IMG/VR virus record: IMGVR_UViG_3300030110_003684
DNA length: 20,000 nucleotides
Reading direction: 5' to 3' (one strand)
DNA from: an uncultured virus (IMG/VR IMGVR_UViG_3300030110_003684)
Taxonomy: Duplodnaviria > Heunggongvirae > Uroviricota > Caudoviricetes
Every line of letters begins with the position of its first letter. The stretch's first letter is position 1. The notes under the pieces are model-generated. The model had not been told where the DNA came from and did no database searches. It worked only from the letters and a program-made list of their open reading frames with translations. Shown one piece after another: positions 1-8,500 of the stretch. Made by a program: the position numbers and the translations under genes.

Positions 1-897
1 TTCGATAATAGAACTGGTATTAATTTTGCTGCTCTTGCATGGGCAAAGGATAACTACTACGATAGACTCCAAAAGATGGGAGTCAAAGTTCATACCATCG
101 TTGGTAATCATACAGCATATTATAAAAACACTAACACAATTAATGCAGTCGATCTTCTTCTGCGTGAGTATGATAATGTCGAAGTTTATTCTGCACCAGA
201 AGAAGTAAAGTTAGACAAACTTAAAGTTCTTTTTATACCATGGATTAATCAAGAAAATGAAGCAGATACTTTTAAGATTATTGAAAAGACAACTTGCAAG
301 TGCGCGATGGGGCACCTTGAGCTCCAAGGATTTAGAGTTAATCGACAGATCGTCATGGAGCATGGTATGGAGTGCTCACTATTTGAGAAGTTCAGTCATG
401 TCTTCTCCGGTCACTATCACACTAGATCAACAGATGGTAAAATCTCATACCTAGGAAATCCATATGAGATGTTCTGGAGTGATGTGAATGATGCTCGCGG
501 ATTTCATATCTTTGACACAGAAACTTTAGAAAGAACACCAATCAACAATCCCCATAGAATGTTTTATAACATTTACTATGAGGACACGCCACATCAAACG
601 TTTGATACTAGAGAGTATGAAAACAAAATTGTAAAGGTTGTTGTTCGTAAAAAGACTGATACTAAAAACTTTGAGAAGTTTGTAGATAAACTTTACTCAT
701 CAGGTATTGCTGAACTGAAGGTTGTTGAAAACTTTGACTTTAGTGGATGGTATGATAAGGAAATTGACTTGGTTGAATCTGAGGACACAATGTCAATCCT
801 GAATAGATATATTGAAGAAGCAGAGGTTCCTCTTGATAAATCTTTGATTCAAAAAATTATGAACGAAGTGTATCAGGAAGCATGTGAGTTGGTGTAA
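1..897 (+). CDS. gp47: Recombination endonuclease subunit gp47 (Mre11/SbcD-like metallophosphoesterase), 5'-truncated by the window
   Basis: Frame is open from base 1 (FDNRTGINFAALAWAKDNYY...). Phosphoesterase motifs GNH, GHLE and SGHYH. Lies upstream of gp46 as in T4-like phages. Confidence 0.95.
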   Translation, partial: FDNRTGINFAALAWAKDNYYDRLQKMGVKVHTIVGNHTAYYKNTNTINAVDLLLREYDNVEVYSAPEEVKLDKLKVLFIPWINQENEADTFKIIEKTTCKCAMGHLELQGFRVNRQIVMEHGMECSLFEKFSHVFSGHYHTRSTDGKISYLGNPYEMFWSDVNDARGFHIFDTETLERTPINNPHRMFYNIYYEDTPHQTFDTREYENKIVKVVVRKKTDTKNFEKFVDKLYSSGIAELKVVENFDFSGWYDKEIDLVESEDTMSILNRYIEEAEVPLDKSLIQKIMNEVYQEACELV

Positions 898-1169
898 TGT
901 ATATCTTAACGATCTATGGTAAAGAAACAGACGGAGCGTATTCTGTAAAAGATGATGAGGGAGATCAAATATTATATTTGTTTGAAGAAGAAGACGACGC
1001 GACAAGATATGCTATGATGCTTGAAGATGATGGTAGTCCAGATATGCATATCATCGAAGTAGAAGATGAGATAATGATCAAAACTTGTGAAATGCATGAC
1101 TATAAGTATGCAGTGATCACAAAGAACGACCTTGTAATTCCTCCAGACGCTAGTCATGATTTTGTTTGA
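897..1169 (+). CDS. DUF3110-like conserved hypothetical protein (cyanobacterial-type)
   Basis: Acidic 90 aa protein. The LFEEEDDATRYAMMLE and C...Y...LVIPP pattern resembles cyanobacterial DUF3110 as recalled. TAATG overlap with the gp47 stop. Confidence 0.6.
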   Translation: MYILTIYGKETDGAYSVKDDEGDQILYLFEEEDDATRYAMMLEDDGSPDMHIIEVEDEIMIKTCEMHDYKYAVITKNDLVIPPDASHDFV

Positions 1170-2868
1170 AAAGATTCGTTGGAAAAACTTTTTATCAACG
1201 GGCAATCAATTTACTGAATTTTCACTTAATGAAAACTCTACCAATTTGATTATTGGTACAAATGGTGCAGGTAAGTCAACTGTGTTGGATGCCTTGACGT
1301 TTTCTTTGTTTGGTAAACCTTTCCGTAAGATTAATAAACCACAACTCATCAACTCTGTGAATGAGAAGGATTGTAAGGTAGAGGTTGAATTTACGATTGG
1401 TGATACGAACTGGAAAGTGGTTCGCGGAATTAAACCTGCTTTGTTTGAGATCTATAGGAACGGTTCTGTAATGGACCAGTTTGCTGCTGCTTTAGATCAA
1501 CAAAAATGGTTAGAACAGAGTGTCTTGAAGATGAACTACAAGTCATTTACCCAGATTGTAATTTTGGGTAGTAGCACCTTTGTTCCTTTTATGCAACTTC
1601 CTGCAAACAGCAGAAGAGAAGTAATTGAAGATTTGTTAGACATCAAAATCTTTTCTTCCATGAATGGTATTCTTAGGGATAAAATTCGTATAGTGAAAGA
1701 AGATATTAAAGTTCTTTGTTTGAAGAAAGAGTCTTTAACTGACAAAGTTCAAATGCAAGAAAACTTTATTGAGGAGTTGGAGAATCAAGCAGCACAAAAT
1801 ATCGAAAGTAAAAAGAAGAAAGTAACTGAACTTCTTACTGAAACCGATTTGTACATAAAACAAAATGCTGTAACAGAAGAAAACATTTTTAGTCATACTA
1901 AAGATCAAGAATATGTCACGGGTGCTACAGATAAACTTCGTAAACTTGGTAACTTAAAAGGAAAGATTTCACAAAAAGTATCTACTATTACTAAAGATCA
2001 TAAGTTCTTCACTGAAAATACAGTTTGCCCTACTTGCAATCAAGAGATTGAAGAGACTCTTAGAATAAATAGAATTAATGACGCTCAAACTAAAGCAAAG
2101 GAGTTGCAATCTGGTTATAAAGAACTGGAAGAGGCAATTAAAGGGGAAGAAGAGCGAGAGCGTCAATTCACTACTCTATCAAAGGAGATCTCAAAACTCA
2201 ATAATGATATTTCTCAGAACAATGCTAGGATTTCTGGATGCCAAAGACAAATCAGAGATCTGGAATCGGAAGTTCAAAACCTTACCGATCAACTTGCAAA
2301 CAGAAATACTGAACATGAAAAGTTAGAGACCTTCAAGGATAATCTAAAAACTACATACGACGAGTTATCTTCAAAGAAAGATACGATTAGCTATTACGAT
2401 TTTTCGTATAGTCTACTTAAAGATGGCGGAGTAAAATCCAAAATCATTAAGAAGTATCTTCCTCTGATTAATCAGCAGGTGAACCGTTATCTACAGATGA
2501 TGGACTTCTATATTAACTTCACACTTGATGAGGAGTTTAACGAAACCGTTCAGTCTCCAATACATGAAGATTTTTCTTATGCTTCTTTCAGCGAGGGGGA
2601 GAAGATGAGAATCGACCTATCACTCTTGTTTACCTGGAGAGAGGTGGCAAGGATGAAAAATTCTGTTAATACGAATCTACTCATTATGGATGAAGTGTTT
2701 GATAGTTCTCTTGATGGGTTTGGAACAGAAGAGTTCCTCAAGATTATTAAATACGTTGTGAAAGATGCAAACATCTTTATTATCTCTCACAAGACTGGTC
2801 TGGAAGATCGATTTGATAATGTGATGAGATTTGAAAAAGTTAAAGGATTCAGTAGGATGGTATCATGA
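1156..2868 (+). CDS. gp46: Recombination endonuclease ATPase subunit gp46 (Rad50/SbcC-like)
   Basis: Walker A GTNGAGKS, coiled coil with CPTC zinc hook, signature FSEGE, Walker B LLIMDE, H-loop IISH. Confidence 0.97.
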   Translation: MILFEKIRWKNFLSTGNQFTEFSLNENSTNLIIGTNGAGKSTVLDALTFSLFGKPFRKINKPQLINSVNEKDCKVEVEFTIGDTNWKVVRGIKPALFEIYRNGSVMDQFAAALDQQKWLEQSVLKMNYKSFTQIVILGSSTFVPFMQLPANSRREVIEDLLDIKIFSSMNGILRDKIRIVKEDIKVLCLKKESLTDKVQMQENFIEELENQAAQNIESKKKKVTELLTETDLYIKQNAVTEENIFSHTKDQEYVTGATDKLRKLGNLKGKISQKVSTITKDHKFFTENTVCPTCNQEIEETLRINRINDAQTKAKELQSGYKELEEAIKGEEERERQFTTLSKEISKLNNDISQNNARISGCQRQIRDLESEVQNLTDQLANRNTEHEKLETFKDNLKTTYDELSSKKDTISYYDFSYSLLKDGGVKSKIIKKYLPLINQQVNRYLQMMDFYINFTLDEEFNETVQSPIHEDFSYASFSEGEKMRIDLSLLFTWREVARMKNSVNTNLLIMDEVFDSSLDGFGTEEFLKIIKYVVKDANIFIISHKTGLEDRFDNVMRFEKVKGFSRMVS

Positions 2869-3581
2869 AAGTTTTAGTTACAGGTCATAATGGTTTTATT
2901 GGTCGTAATGTTTTTCTAGATTGGCAACAGACTTTAGGTTATGTGAATGTTGATGGCATTGACTATCCAGATGATATTGGAGACTTCTCTGGTGGTGATT
3001 ATGATCTCGTCATTCACCTTGCAGCATACGCTGATATTAGAGAGAGTTTAAAGGAACCAAAACTTTATTATGAAAATAATGTCGTTAAAGCAAAGAAGTT
3101 GTTTGAGTGGTGTAGAAAGACAAACACAAGACTTCTATATGCCTCTTCAAGCGCAGTAGAAGAAGATTACTGGGAGAATCCATATGCTATGACTAAATGG
3201 ATTAATGAAGTCATGGCTCCTCCAAATTCAGTTGGTATGAGGTTTACAACAGTCTATGGTCCTAACAGTCGTCCTAATATGATGTATAGGATGCTTGAAG
3301 ATAAGACTGCAAAATATGTCACGAACCATAAACGCGATTGGATTCATGTTAAAGATGTATGCCGTGCCATTCATTACCTGGCATCATCTAGTATCACTGG
3401 TCCTGTGACAATTGGAACAGGTAAGTCTGTGTCTGTCAAGAAACTTGCAAAGGTAATGGATATGGGTCACCTACCTCTTGTAGAGGATACTCCTGGTGAA
3501 AGAATGGACAATCAAGCAGATATTTCAAGACTTAAGAGTATTGGATGGTTTCCTACTATAGATATTTTTGATACTGTCTAA
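2865..3581 (+). CDS. NAD-dependent epimerase/dehydratase (extended SDR, nucleotide-sugar modifying)
   Basis: VLVTGHNGFIG Rossmann motif, HLAA, ASSS, catalytic YAMTK (YxxxK), RFTTVYGP, RDWIHVKD. Confidence 0.9.
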   Translation: MKVLVTGHNGFIGRNVFLDWQQTLGYVNVDGIDYPDDIGDFSGGDYDLVIHLAAYADIRESLKEPKLYYENNVVKAKKLFEWCRKTNTRLLYASSSAVEEDYWENPYAMTKWINEVMAPPNSVGMRFTTVYGPNSRPNMMYRMLEDKTAKYVTNHKRDWIHVKDVCRAIHYLASSSITGPVTIGTGKSVSVKKLAKVMDMGHLPLVEDTPGERMDNQADISRLKSIGWFPTIDIFDTV

Positions 3582-4201
3582 TGCCAGTCTATCGTCATAC
3601 TATTAGAAACTTTCCTGATCCTGAAAAAAAGTTTCTGTTCATTCATATACCAAGAACTGCGGGAAGATTTTTTACTGAAAATATTAAACTTAATAATTTT
3701 GAGTTAGAAAGTCAATTTATTTGGAAAAGTGTTGATGGTATTGAGCCTGCACACTTTCATAAAGAGTTGTATGAAAAGCACTTCGATGTCTCTGATATTC
3801 CTCACATTGCAGTTGTAAGAAATCCCATCGATAGATTTATATCAACCTCTATCTTTCTTACAAGAATGTATGGTGATGATATTCAGGAAGTTATGGAAGA
3901 TCCTATGATGTTTGGTATGATGCTTGAGAATTTTCCACTTACTGAAGGTGCAAACTGGTTTAGACCACAAATGGATTTCATTTCATCTCAAACAAATATT
4001 TGGAAACTAGAGTGGGGATTTGGTGAGGACTTTGAAGAATGGATGAGTGAAACACTTGATGTAGAATTTGTAATAAAAGATGTGCCATATAAAAAACTGT
4101 CTACTAATGAAACCAAAAAATTAGTAAAGACTGATAGACTGATTGATAATATTAAACAACTTTATGTAAAGGATTTTGAAGTTTTATATCCAGAGGATTA
4201 A
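3581..4201 (+). CDS. Sulfotransferase family protein (Sulfotransfer_2-like)
   Basis: FLFIHIPRTAG resembles the 5'-PAPS-binding loop. VVRNPIDRFIS matches the 3'-phosphate-binding motif. C-terminal LYxxDFE. Confidence 0.8.
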   Translation: MPVYRHTIRNFPDPEKKFLFIHIPRTAGRFFTENIKLNNFELESQFIWKSVDGIEPAHFHKELYEKHFDVSDIPHIAVVRNPIDRFISTSIFLTRMYGDDIQEVMEDPMMFGMMLENFPLTEGANWFRPQMDFISSQTNIWKLEWGFGEDFEEWMSETLDVEFVIKDVPYKKLSTNETKKLVKTDRLIDNIKQLYVKDFEVLYPED

Positions 4202-4221
4202 TCTAACAAAAACTTCATTAA

Positions 4222-4243
4222 GTTAGCATACGAACACTAAATA
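4222..4243 (+). promoter_or_regulatory. Imperfect palindrome GTT-N8-AAC next to a T4-type late promoter (cTAAATA)
   Basis: GTTAGCATACGAAC at 4222-4235 and TAAATA at 4238-4243, upstream of the small Cys-motif gene. Confidence 0.5.
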
Positions 4244-4307
4244 GTAACAGAATTGGAGAAATGGATGAATTTAACTCCCTATATTATTTTTTCATGAGGA
4301 GGAGATC

Positions 4308-4490
4308 ATGCACAATCTAGTATCATTTAATCAATTAGCAGACTGGACTAGAAGTCTTAAAAAACTTAGTCACACTCTAGAAACTACAATAGAGGAGAGC
4401 GATCAAATCAACGATTACTACGAATGTTTAATCGACTGTAGTGATGATCAATCAACGTGTAAACGTATTTGCAGAACAATTTTAACCTGA
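4308..4490 (+). CDS. Small protein with a C-terminal CX3C-X6-CX3C motif
   Basis: 60 aa, preceded by strong SD GAGGAGGAG. Contains YECLIDCSDDQSTCKRIC. Resembles small proteins of cyanophages/picocyanobacteria as recalled. Confidence 0.8.
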   Translation: MHNLVSFNQLADWTRSLKKLSHTLETTIEESDQINDYYECLIDCSDDQSTCKRICRTILT

Positions 4491-4510
4491 CCAAGACCAA
4501 CCAATTGGAG

Positions 4511-4556
4511 AACTGTCACCTAATACCCCCGCCATAAGGTGGGGGTTTGGTATTAT
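4511..4556 (+). promoter_or_regulatory. Putative early-type promoter: AACTGTCAC motif plus extended -10 (TGgTATTAT)
   Basis: AACTGTCACC at 4511-4520 and TG-G-TATTAT at 4548-4556, 21 nt before the ATG at 4578. Confidence 0.55.
4525..4548 (+). terminator. GC-rich hairpin, probable intrinsic terminator
   Basis: ACCCCCGCC-ATAA-GGTGGGGGT followed by only a short T run. Confidence 0.6.
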
Positions 4557-4577
4557 AGGGACATCGACAGAAAACGC

Positions 4578-6695
4578 ATGACTGTTAAGCACGAAATCAA
4601 ATCTCAACTCGCTAAACTTCTTGCCACTGAAGATTTGATTGTGGAGCACAAACAGACAGAGACTGCTTGCTTTAACGTTCATACCCGCGTTCTAACGCTT
4701 CCAATGTGGGAAAGGGCAAGCAACACAGTATATGACCTTCTGGTGGGTCATGAAGTTGGTCACGCACTCTTTACACCTGATGAGAACTGGTTGGAAAAGG
4801 TAGCAGTTCCTCCTCAGTTTGTAAATGTGGTTGAGGATGCACGTATTGAAAAAATGATGAAACGTAAATATGCTGGATTAGGAAAAACTTTCTATCATGG
4901 TTACAAAGAATTACAAGACGAGGACTTTTTCTCTATATCTGACAGCAATGTTGCTGATCTCAATCTTGCTGATCGTGCAAATCTTTACTTTAAGGTCGGT
5001 AATTTTCTAGACATTACTTTCAGTGAAGAAGAAATGCCAATCATTCGTATGATTGAAGGTTGCGAAACTTTTGATGAAGTCTTGCAAGCAGCAGAAAAAT
5101 TATATTTGTTTTGTAAGAAGCAACAAGATGAAGACGCAAAAAAACCAGATAATAAAACAGAGAATCAGCAACCTGCATCAGAGATTGTTGATGAAGATGC
5201 AAAGGATGAAGTTGAACATGAATCTGATGATAAAGTAGATCAGTCTCAAGAACCTATTTCCTCTGATCAGAATTTTCAGTCGGACAAGAAAGATGACCTT
5301 AAGGTCGAAACTGCTGATTCTCTCAGCGATAACATTAAAGATCTTATCGATGAGCACTCAAGCGAAACTGTTTATCTTGAGGTTCCAAAGGTTAATCTTG
5401 ATACCGTGATTGCTAGTAACACTGATGTTCATGATTACATCAATTGGTGGTGGTCTCGTTATGATCAGTTTGAAACTCCTGTCTTTGAAAATCCAGATCA
5501 AGAGTTTGTTAAATTTAAACGTAATGCACAGAAAGAAGTCAATTATCTAGTGAAAGAGTTTGAGTGTCGCAAGGCAGCAGACTCATATGCCCGTGCATCA
5601 ACTGCTCGCACTGGTGTCCTTGATACGTCTAATCTTCACACGTACAAATACAACGAAGATCTGTTCAAGAAAGTTACCGTTCTTCCTGATGGCAAGAACC
5701 ATGGTCTAGTATTTGTTCTTGACTGGTCTGGATCCATGTCTAATGTCATGACTGATACTTGCAAACAATTGTTTAATCTTGTTTGGTTCTGTAAAAAGGT
5801 TAATATTCCTTTTGAAGTCTATGCATTCACTAATGAGTGGAATCGTAAGCATATTGGTGAAAATGGAGAAGACATTGCTGCGAATCTCACTCCTCATTTT
5901 GAAAAGAGAGAGGGATTGTTTGTTGTTGAACATGACTTTAGTATGATGAATATTCTCTCCAGTAAAGTTTCTGGCAAAGAGTTGGAAAAGCAAATGATCA
6001 GTATTTGGAGACTTGCTTATTCTTTTGGACGTTCATATGCAACCTCTTATGCTTGGCCTGATCGTCTCAGTCTTTCAGGAACTCCTTTAAACGAATCTCT
6101 TGTTTGCTTGCATCAAATTCTTCCAAAGTTTCAACGTGATAATAGACTACAAAAAATTCAATGTATTGTCCTGACTGATGGTGAGGCAAACGCTCTAGCA
6201 CAATATAAAGAAATCAAACGTTATTGGGAGAGTGATTGTCAACCTTTTCTTGGACATAAACGTATTGATCCAAGCAATACTATTTTACGTGATCGTAAAC
6301 TTGGAACAACATATAAGATGGGATATTCATATCATGAGTTTACTAATGTGATGCTGCGTAATCTTAAGGACAAGTTCTCTGACGTAAACTTTATTGGTAT
6401 GCGTGTTCTTGCATCTCGTGATGTTGGAAACTTTATGCGTATTCATAATAATCCTGGTGAAGATGAATTCAACCGTATTCAAAAAGAGTGGAAGAAAGAA
6501 AAAAGTTTTTGTATTAAAAACTCTGGGTATGATGCATATTTTGGATTGTCTTCAAATTCTTTGTCTCAAGATTCCGAGTTTGAAGTTGATGAAGGTGCCA
6601 GCAAAGCAAAGATCAAGAGTGCTTTTGTCAAATCCTTGAAAGTCAAAAAACTAAATAAGAAAGTATTAGGCGAGTTTATTTCTTTGGTGGCATGA
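4578..6695 (+). CDS. CobT-like protein: N-terminal HExxH metallopeptidase-like domain, acidic linker, C-terminal VWA domain
   Basis: HEVGH and NVVEDARIE, a D/E/Q-rich linker, MIDAS DWSGS, SGTPL and LTDGE. Start moved from 4539 to the ATG at 4578 (705 aa), downstream of the -10 box. Confidence 0.88.
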   Translation: MTVKHEIKSQLAKLLATEDLIVEHKQTETACFNVHTRVLTLPMWERASNTVYDLLVGHEVGHALFTPDENWLEKVAVPPQFVNVVEDARIEKMMKRKYAGLGKTFYHGYKELQDEDFFSISDSNVADLNLADRANLYFKVGNFLDITFSEEEMPIIRMIEGCETFDEVLQAAEKLYLFCKKQQDEDAKKPDNKTENQQPASEIVDEDAKDEVEHESDDKVDQSQEPISSDQNFQSDKKDDLKVETADSLSDNIKDLIDEHSSETVYLEVPKVNLDTVIASNTDVHDYINWWWSRYDQFETPVFENPDQEFVKFKRNAQKEVNYLVKEFECRKAADSYARASTARTGVLDTSNLHTYKYNEDLFKKVTVLPDGKNHGLVFVLDWSGSMSNVMTDTCKQLFNLVWFCKKVNIPFEVYAFTNEWNRKHIGENGEDIAANLTPHFEKREGLFVVEHDFSMMNILSSKVSGKELEKQMISIWRLAYSFGRSYATSYAWPDRLSLSGTPLNESLVCLHQILPKFQRDNRLQKIQCIVLTDGEANALAQYKEIKRYWESDCQPFLGHKRIDPSNTILRDRKLGTTYKMGYSYHEFTNVMLRNLKDKFSDVNFIGMRVLASRDVGNFMRIHNNPGEDEFNRIQKEWKKEKSFCIKNSGYDAYFGLSSNSLSQDSEFEVDEGASKAKIKSAFVKSLKVKKLNKKVLGEFISLVA

Positions 6696-6850
6696 GCAAA
6701 AATCAGTTACCAGAGTGGAAGGTTAGAGCATTACAAGATCCTTCTGTAAATGATAAACAAGCACGAATCATTATGGATGGACCAAAGCGTCTAACCGATG
6801 CGTGGTTTCTCCAAGCAATGAAGTTCAAATATGGACGATCTGGAGACTGA
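6692..6850 (+). CDS. Hypothetical 52 aa protein (not in ORF track)
   Basis: MSKNQLPEWKVRALQDPSVNDKQARIIMDGPKRLTDAWFLQAMKFKYGRSGD. ATGA overlap with the upstream stop, fills the gap up to the terminator, and has CTAAATA at 6651-6657 upstream. Confidence 0.75.
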   Translation: MSKNQLPEWKVRALQDPSVNDKQARIIMDGPKRLTDAWFLQAMKFKYGRSGD

Positions 6851-6889
6851 CCACTAGGGGGTTTCATAACCCCCTTTTTCGTATATAAT
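6845..6889 (+). promoter_or_regulatory. Putative early-type promoter: GACTGACCAC motif plus -10 TATAAT
   Basis: ACTGACCAC at 6846-6854 and TATAAT at 6884-6889, 21 nt before the ATG at 6911. Confidence 0.6.
6856..6879 (+). terminator. Intrinsic terminator
   Basis: AGGGGGTT-TCAT-AACCCCCT followed by TTTT. Confidence 0.8.
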
Positions 6890-6910
6890 AACTTCAGTTA
6901 AACAAAGCAA

Positions 6911-8002
6911 ATGGGTTTGTCCACTTCATCCATTATTACTTCTCTTCAAGATGCATTTGGTCCAGAAGTTACCTCTGGTGATATTCGTGGATGGTGTGCT
7001 ATGAATGATTGCAACTACCAAACCGTCACTAACAAACTTACAGATTACAAAATTAGTCGCGGTAAATGGAATCTGGAAGTAACAAAAGAGACAGTAGAAG
7101 AACTAGAAGTATCATATAGTGCTCCTGCTGCAGTTCCAGCGATTGAACAAAACCTTATCCCCCGTAAAGATGATACCTTCGTCAGCTTTGGTAACTTTGT
7201 TGATATTAAAAAAATTATTAAGTCCGATTTATTTTATCCAACATTTATTACAGGATTGTCTGGTAATGGAAAAACTTTCTCGGTTGAACAAGCGTGTGCT
7301 CAATTGGGTCGTGAACTCATCCGAGTCAACATCACAGTAGAGACTGATGAGGATGATCTCATTGGCGGTTTCCGTCTTATTAATGGTGAAACCGTTTGGC
7401 ACAATGGACCAGTCATTGAAGCACTGCAGCGTGGTGCCGTGTTGCTTCTTGACGAAATCGACCTTGCCTCAAACAAAATCCTCTGCCTCCAATCTATTCT
7501 TGAGGGTAAAGGAGTTTTTCTCAAGAAAATCGGAAAGTTCATCACCCCTGCCGATGGATTCCAAGTATTTGCTACGGCAAACACTAAAGGTAAAGGATCC
7601 GAGGACGGGCGATTTATTGGAACTAACGTGCTTAACGAGGCGTTCCTTGAGAGATTCCCTGTAACCTTTGAGCAAGAGTATCCTAACCCTACACAAGAAA
7701 TCAAGATTCTTGAAAATGTTGCCCGCGATCTAAAAGTAGTTGCTCCTGACTTCTGTAAGCGTCTTGCTGACTGGGCTGACATCATCCGTAAGACATTCTA
7801 TGATGGTGGTATTGAAGAGGTTATCAGCACCCGCCGCCTAGTCCATATCGTTCGTGCATACAGCATCTTCAATGATAAGGCAAAGGCAATTCAGGTTTGT
7901 GTCAATCGTTTTGATGATGAAACCAAGCAGGCATTCTTGGAACTGTATGACAAGGTTGATGCAGATTTCCAAATGCCAATTGACGAGGAGGTGCAATCCT
8001 GA
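6911..8002 (+). CDS. cobS: MoxR/CbbQ-type AAA+ ATPase (phage 'CobS-like')
   Basis: Walker A GLSGNGKT, DLIGG, Walker B LLLDE, ATANT, NEAFLERF, ISTRRL. Confidence 0.9.
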   Translation: MGLSTSSIITSLQDAFGPEVTSGDIRGWCAMNDCNYQTVTNKLTDYKISRGKWNLEVTKETVEELEVSYSAPAAVPAIEQNLIPRKDDTFVSFGNFVDIKKIIKSDLFYPTFITGLSGNGKTFSVEQACAQLGRELIRVNITVETDEDDLIGGFRLINGETVWHNGPVIEALQRGAVLLLDEIDLASNKILCLQSILEGKGVFLKKIGKFITPADGFQVFATANTKGKGSEDGRFIGTNVLNEAFLERFPVTFEQEYPNPTQEIKILENVARDLKVVAPDFCKRLADWADIIRKTFYDGGIEEVISTRRLVHIVRAYSIFNDKAKAIQVCVNRFDDETKQAFLELYDKVDADFQMPIDEEVQS

Positions 8003-8008
8003 TATAAT
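7980..8008 (+). promoter_or_regulatory. Sigma70-like promoter
   Basis: TTGACG (7980-7985), 17 nt spacer, TATAAT (8003-8008), with TG one base upstream of the -10. Confidence 0.8.
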
Positions 8009-8500
8009 ATGACTAACGCATGGTCCTTTCTATTTGACGAATTAAATATGTCCAATCAAAATTATTGGGAAGAGGACGGATTCAGTATTGTGGGTAATCC
8101 CGGTACTGCATCCCCAGACATTATTAACTTTGGTGGTTCTCATCTTCCAGGTGGTATTGGTGATGATCATATCACATTTACCACAGATGTTCCTAATGCT
8201 AAAACTTCTAATAGTATAAAGAAGTATAGCGAAGATGAAATTATCAAAGAACTAAAAGATTACATCACCAGAACATATGATCAGCATTATTCTGCTGGTG
8301 ATGATAAGATTCAGACTCTTGATCTTATCGAAGCTTGTGGTGACGGTGAGGCATTCTGTCGCAGCAACATTCTCAAGTATGCGTCACGATATGATAAGAA
8401 GGGCACTGCCCGTCGTGACATTATGAAGATTCTGCATTATGCTGTGCTCCTAATGCATTTTAACGACAAGAATGCACAACGTGAAACTTACCCTCAGTGA
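8009..8500 (+). CDS. DUF3310 / T7 gp1.7-like protein (putative nucleotide kinase domain)
   Basis: C-terminal HY...IQTLDLIE...FCRSNILKYASRYDKKG...DIMKILHY pattern typical of DUF3310. Alternative start ATG at 8048. Confidence 0.7.
   Translation: MTNAWSFLFDELNMSNQNYWEEDGFSIVGNPGTASPDIINFGGSHLPGGIGDDHITFTTDVPNAKTSNSIKKYSEDEIIKELKDYITRTYDQHYSAGDDKIQTLDLIEACGDGEAFCRSNILKYASRYDKKGTARRDIMKILHYAVLLMHFNDKNAQRETYPQ

Noticed and set aside
4261..4320. 19 aa uORF (MDEFNSLYYFFMRRRSCTI) overlapping the peptide start
   Set aside because: GGAG is only 2 nt from the ATG, and the RRR codons are just the downstream SD; no other support.
4308..4490. CP12 call for the Cys-motif peptide
   Set aside because: Lacks the AWD-VEEL core and the C-terminal CxxxPxxxEC motif of CP12.
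4539..4577. N-terminal extension of the VWA protein from 4539
   Set aside because: That start lies inside the hairpin and upstream of the -10 box; ATG 4578 is more plausible.
7300..7785. 161 aa minus-strand ORF, and the other minus-strand ORFs in the track
   Set aside because: Antisense shadows of well-supported + strand genes with no recognisable motifs; the whole region is co-oriented.
6911..8002. Literal cobalamin biosynthesis role for the 'cobS' gene
   Set aside because: Only generic MoxR AAA+ motifs are visible, with no cobN or other cob genes in the window; the symbol is kept as the customary label only.
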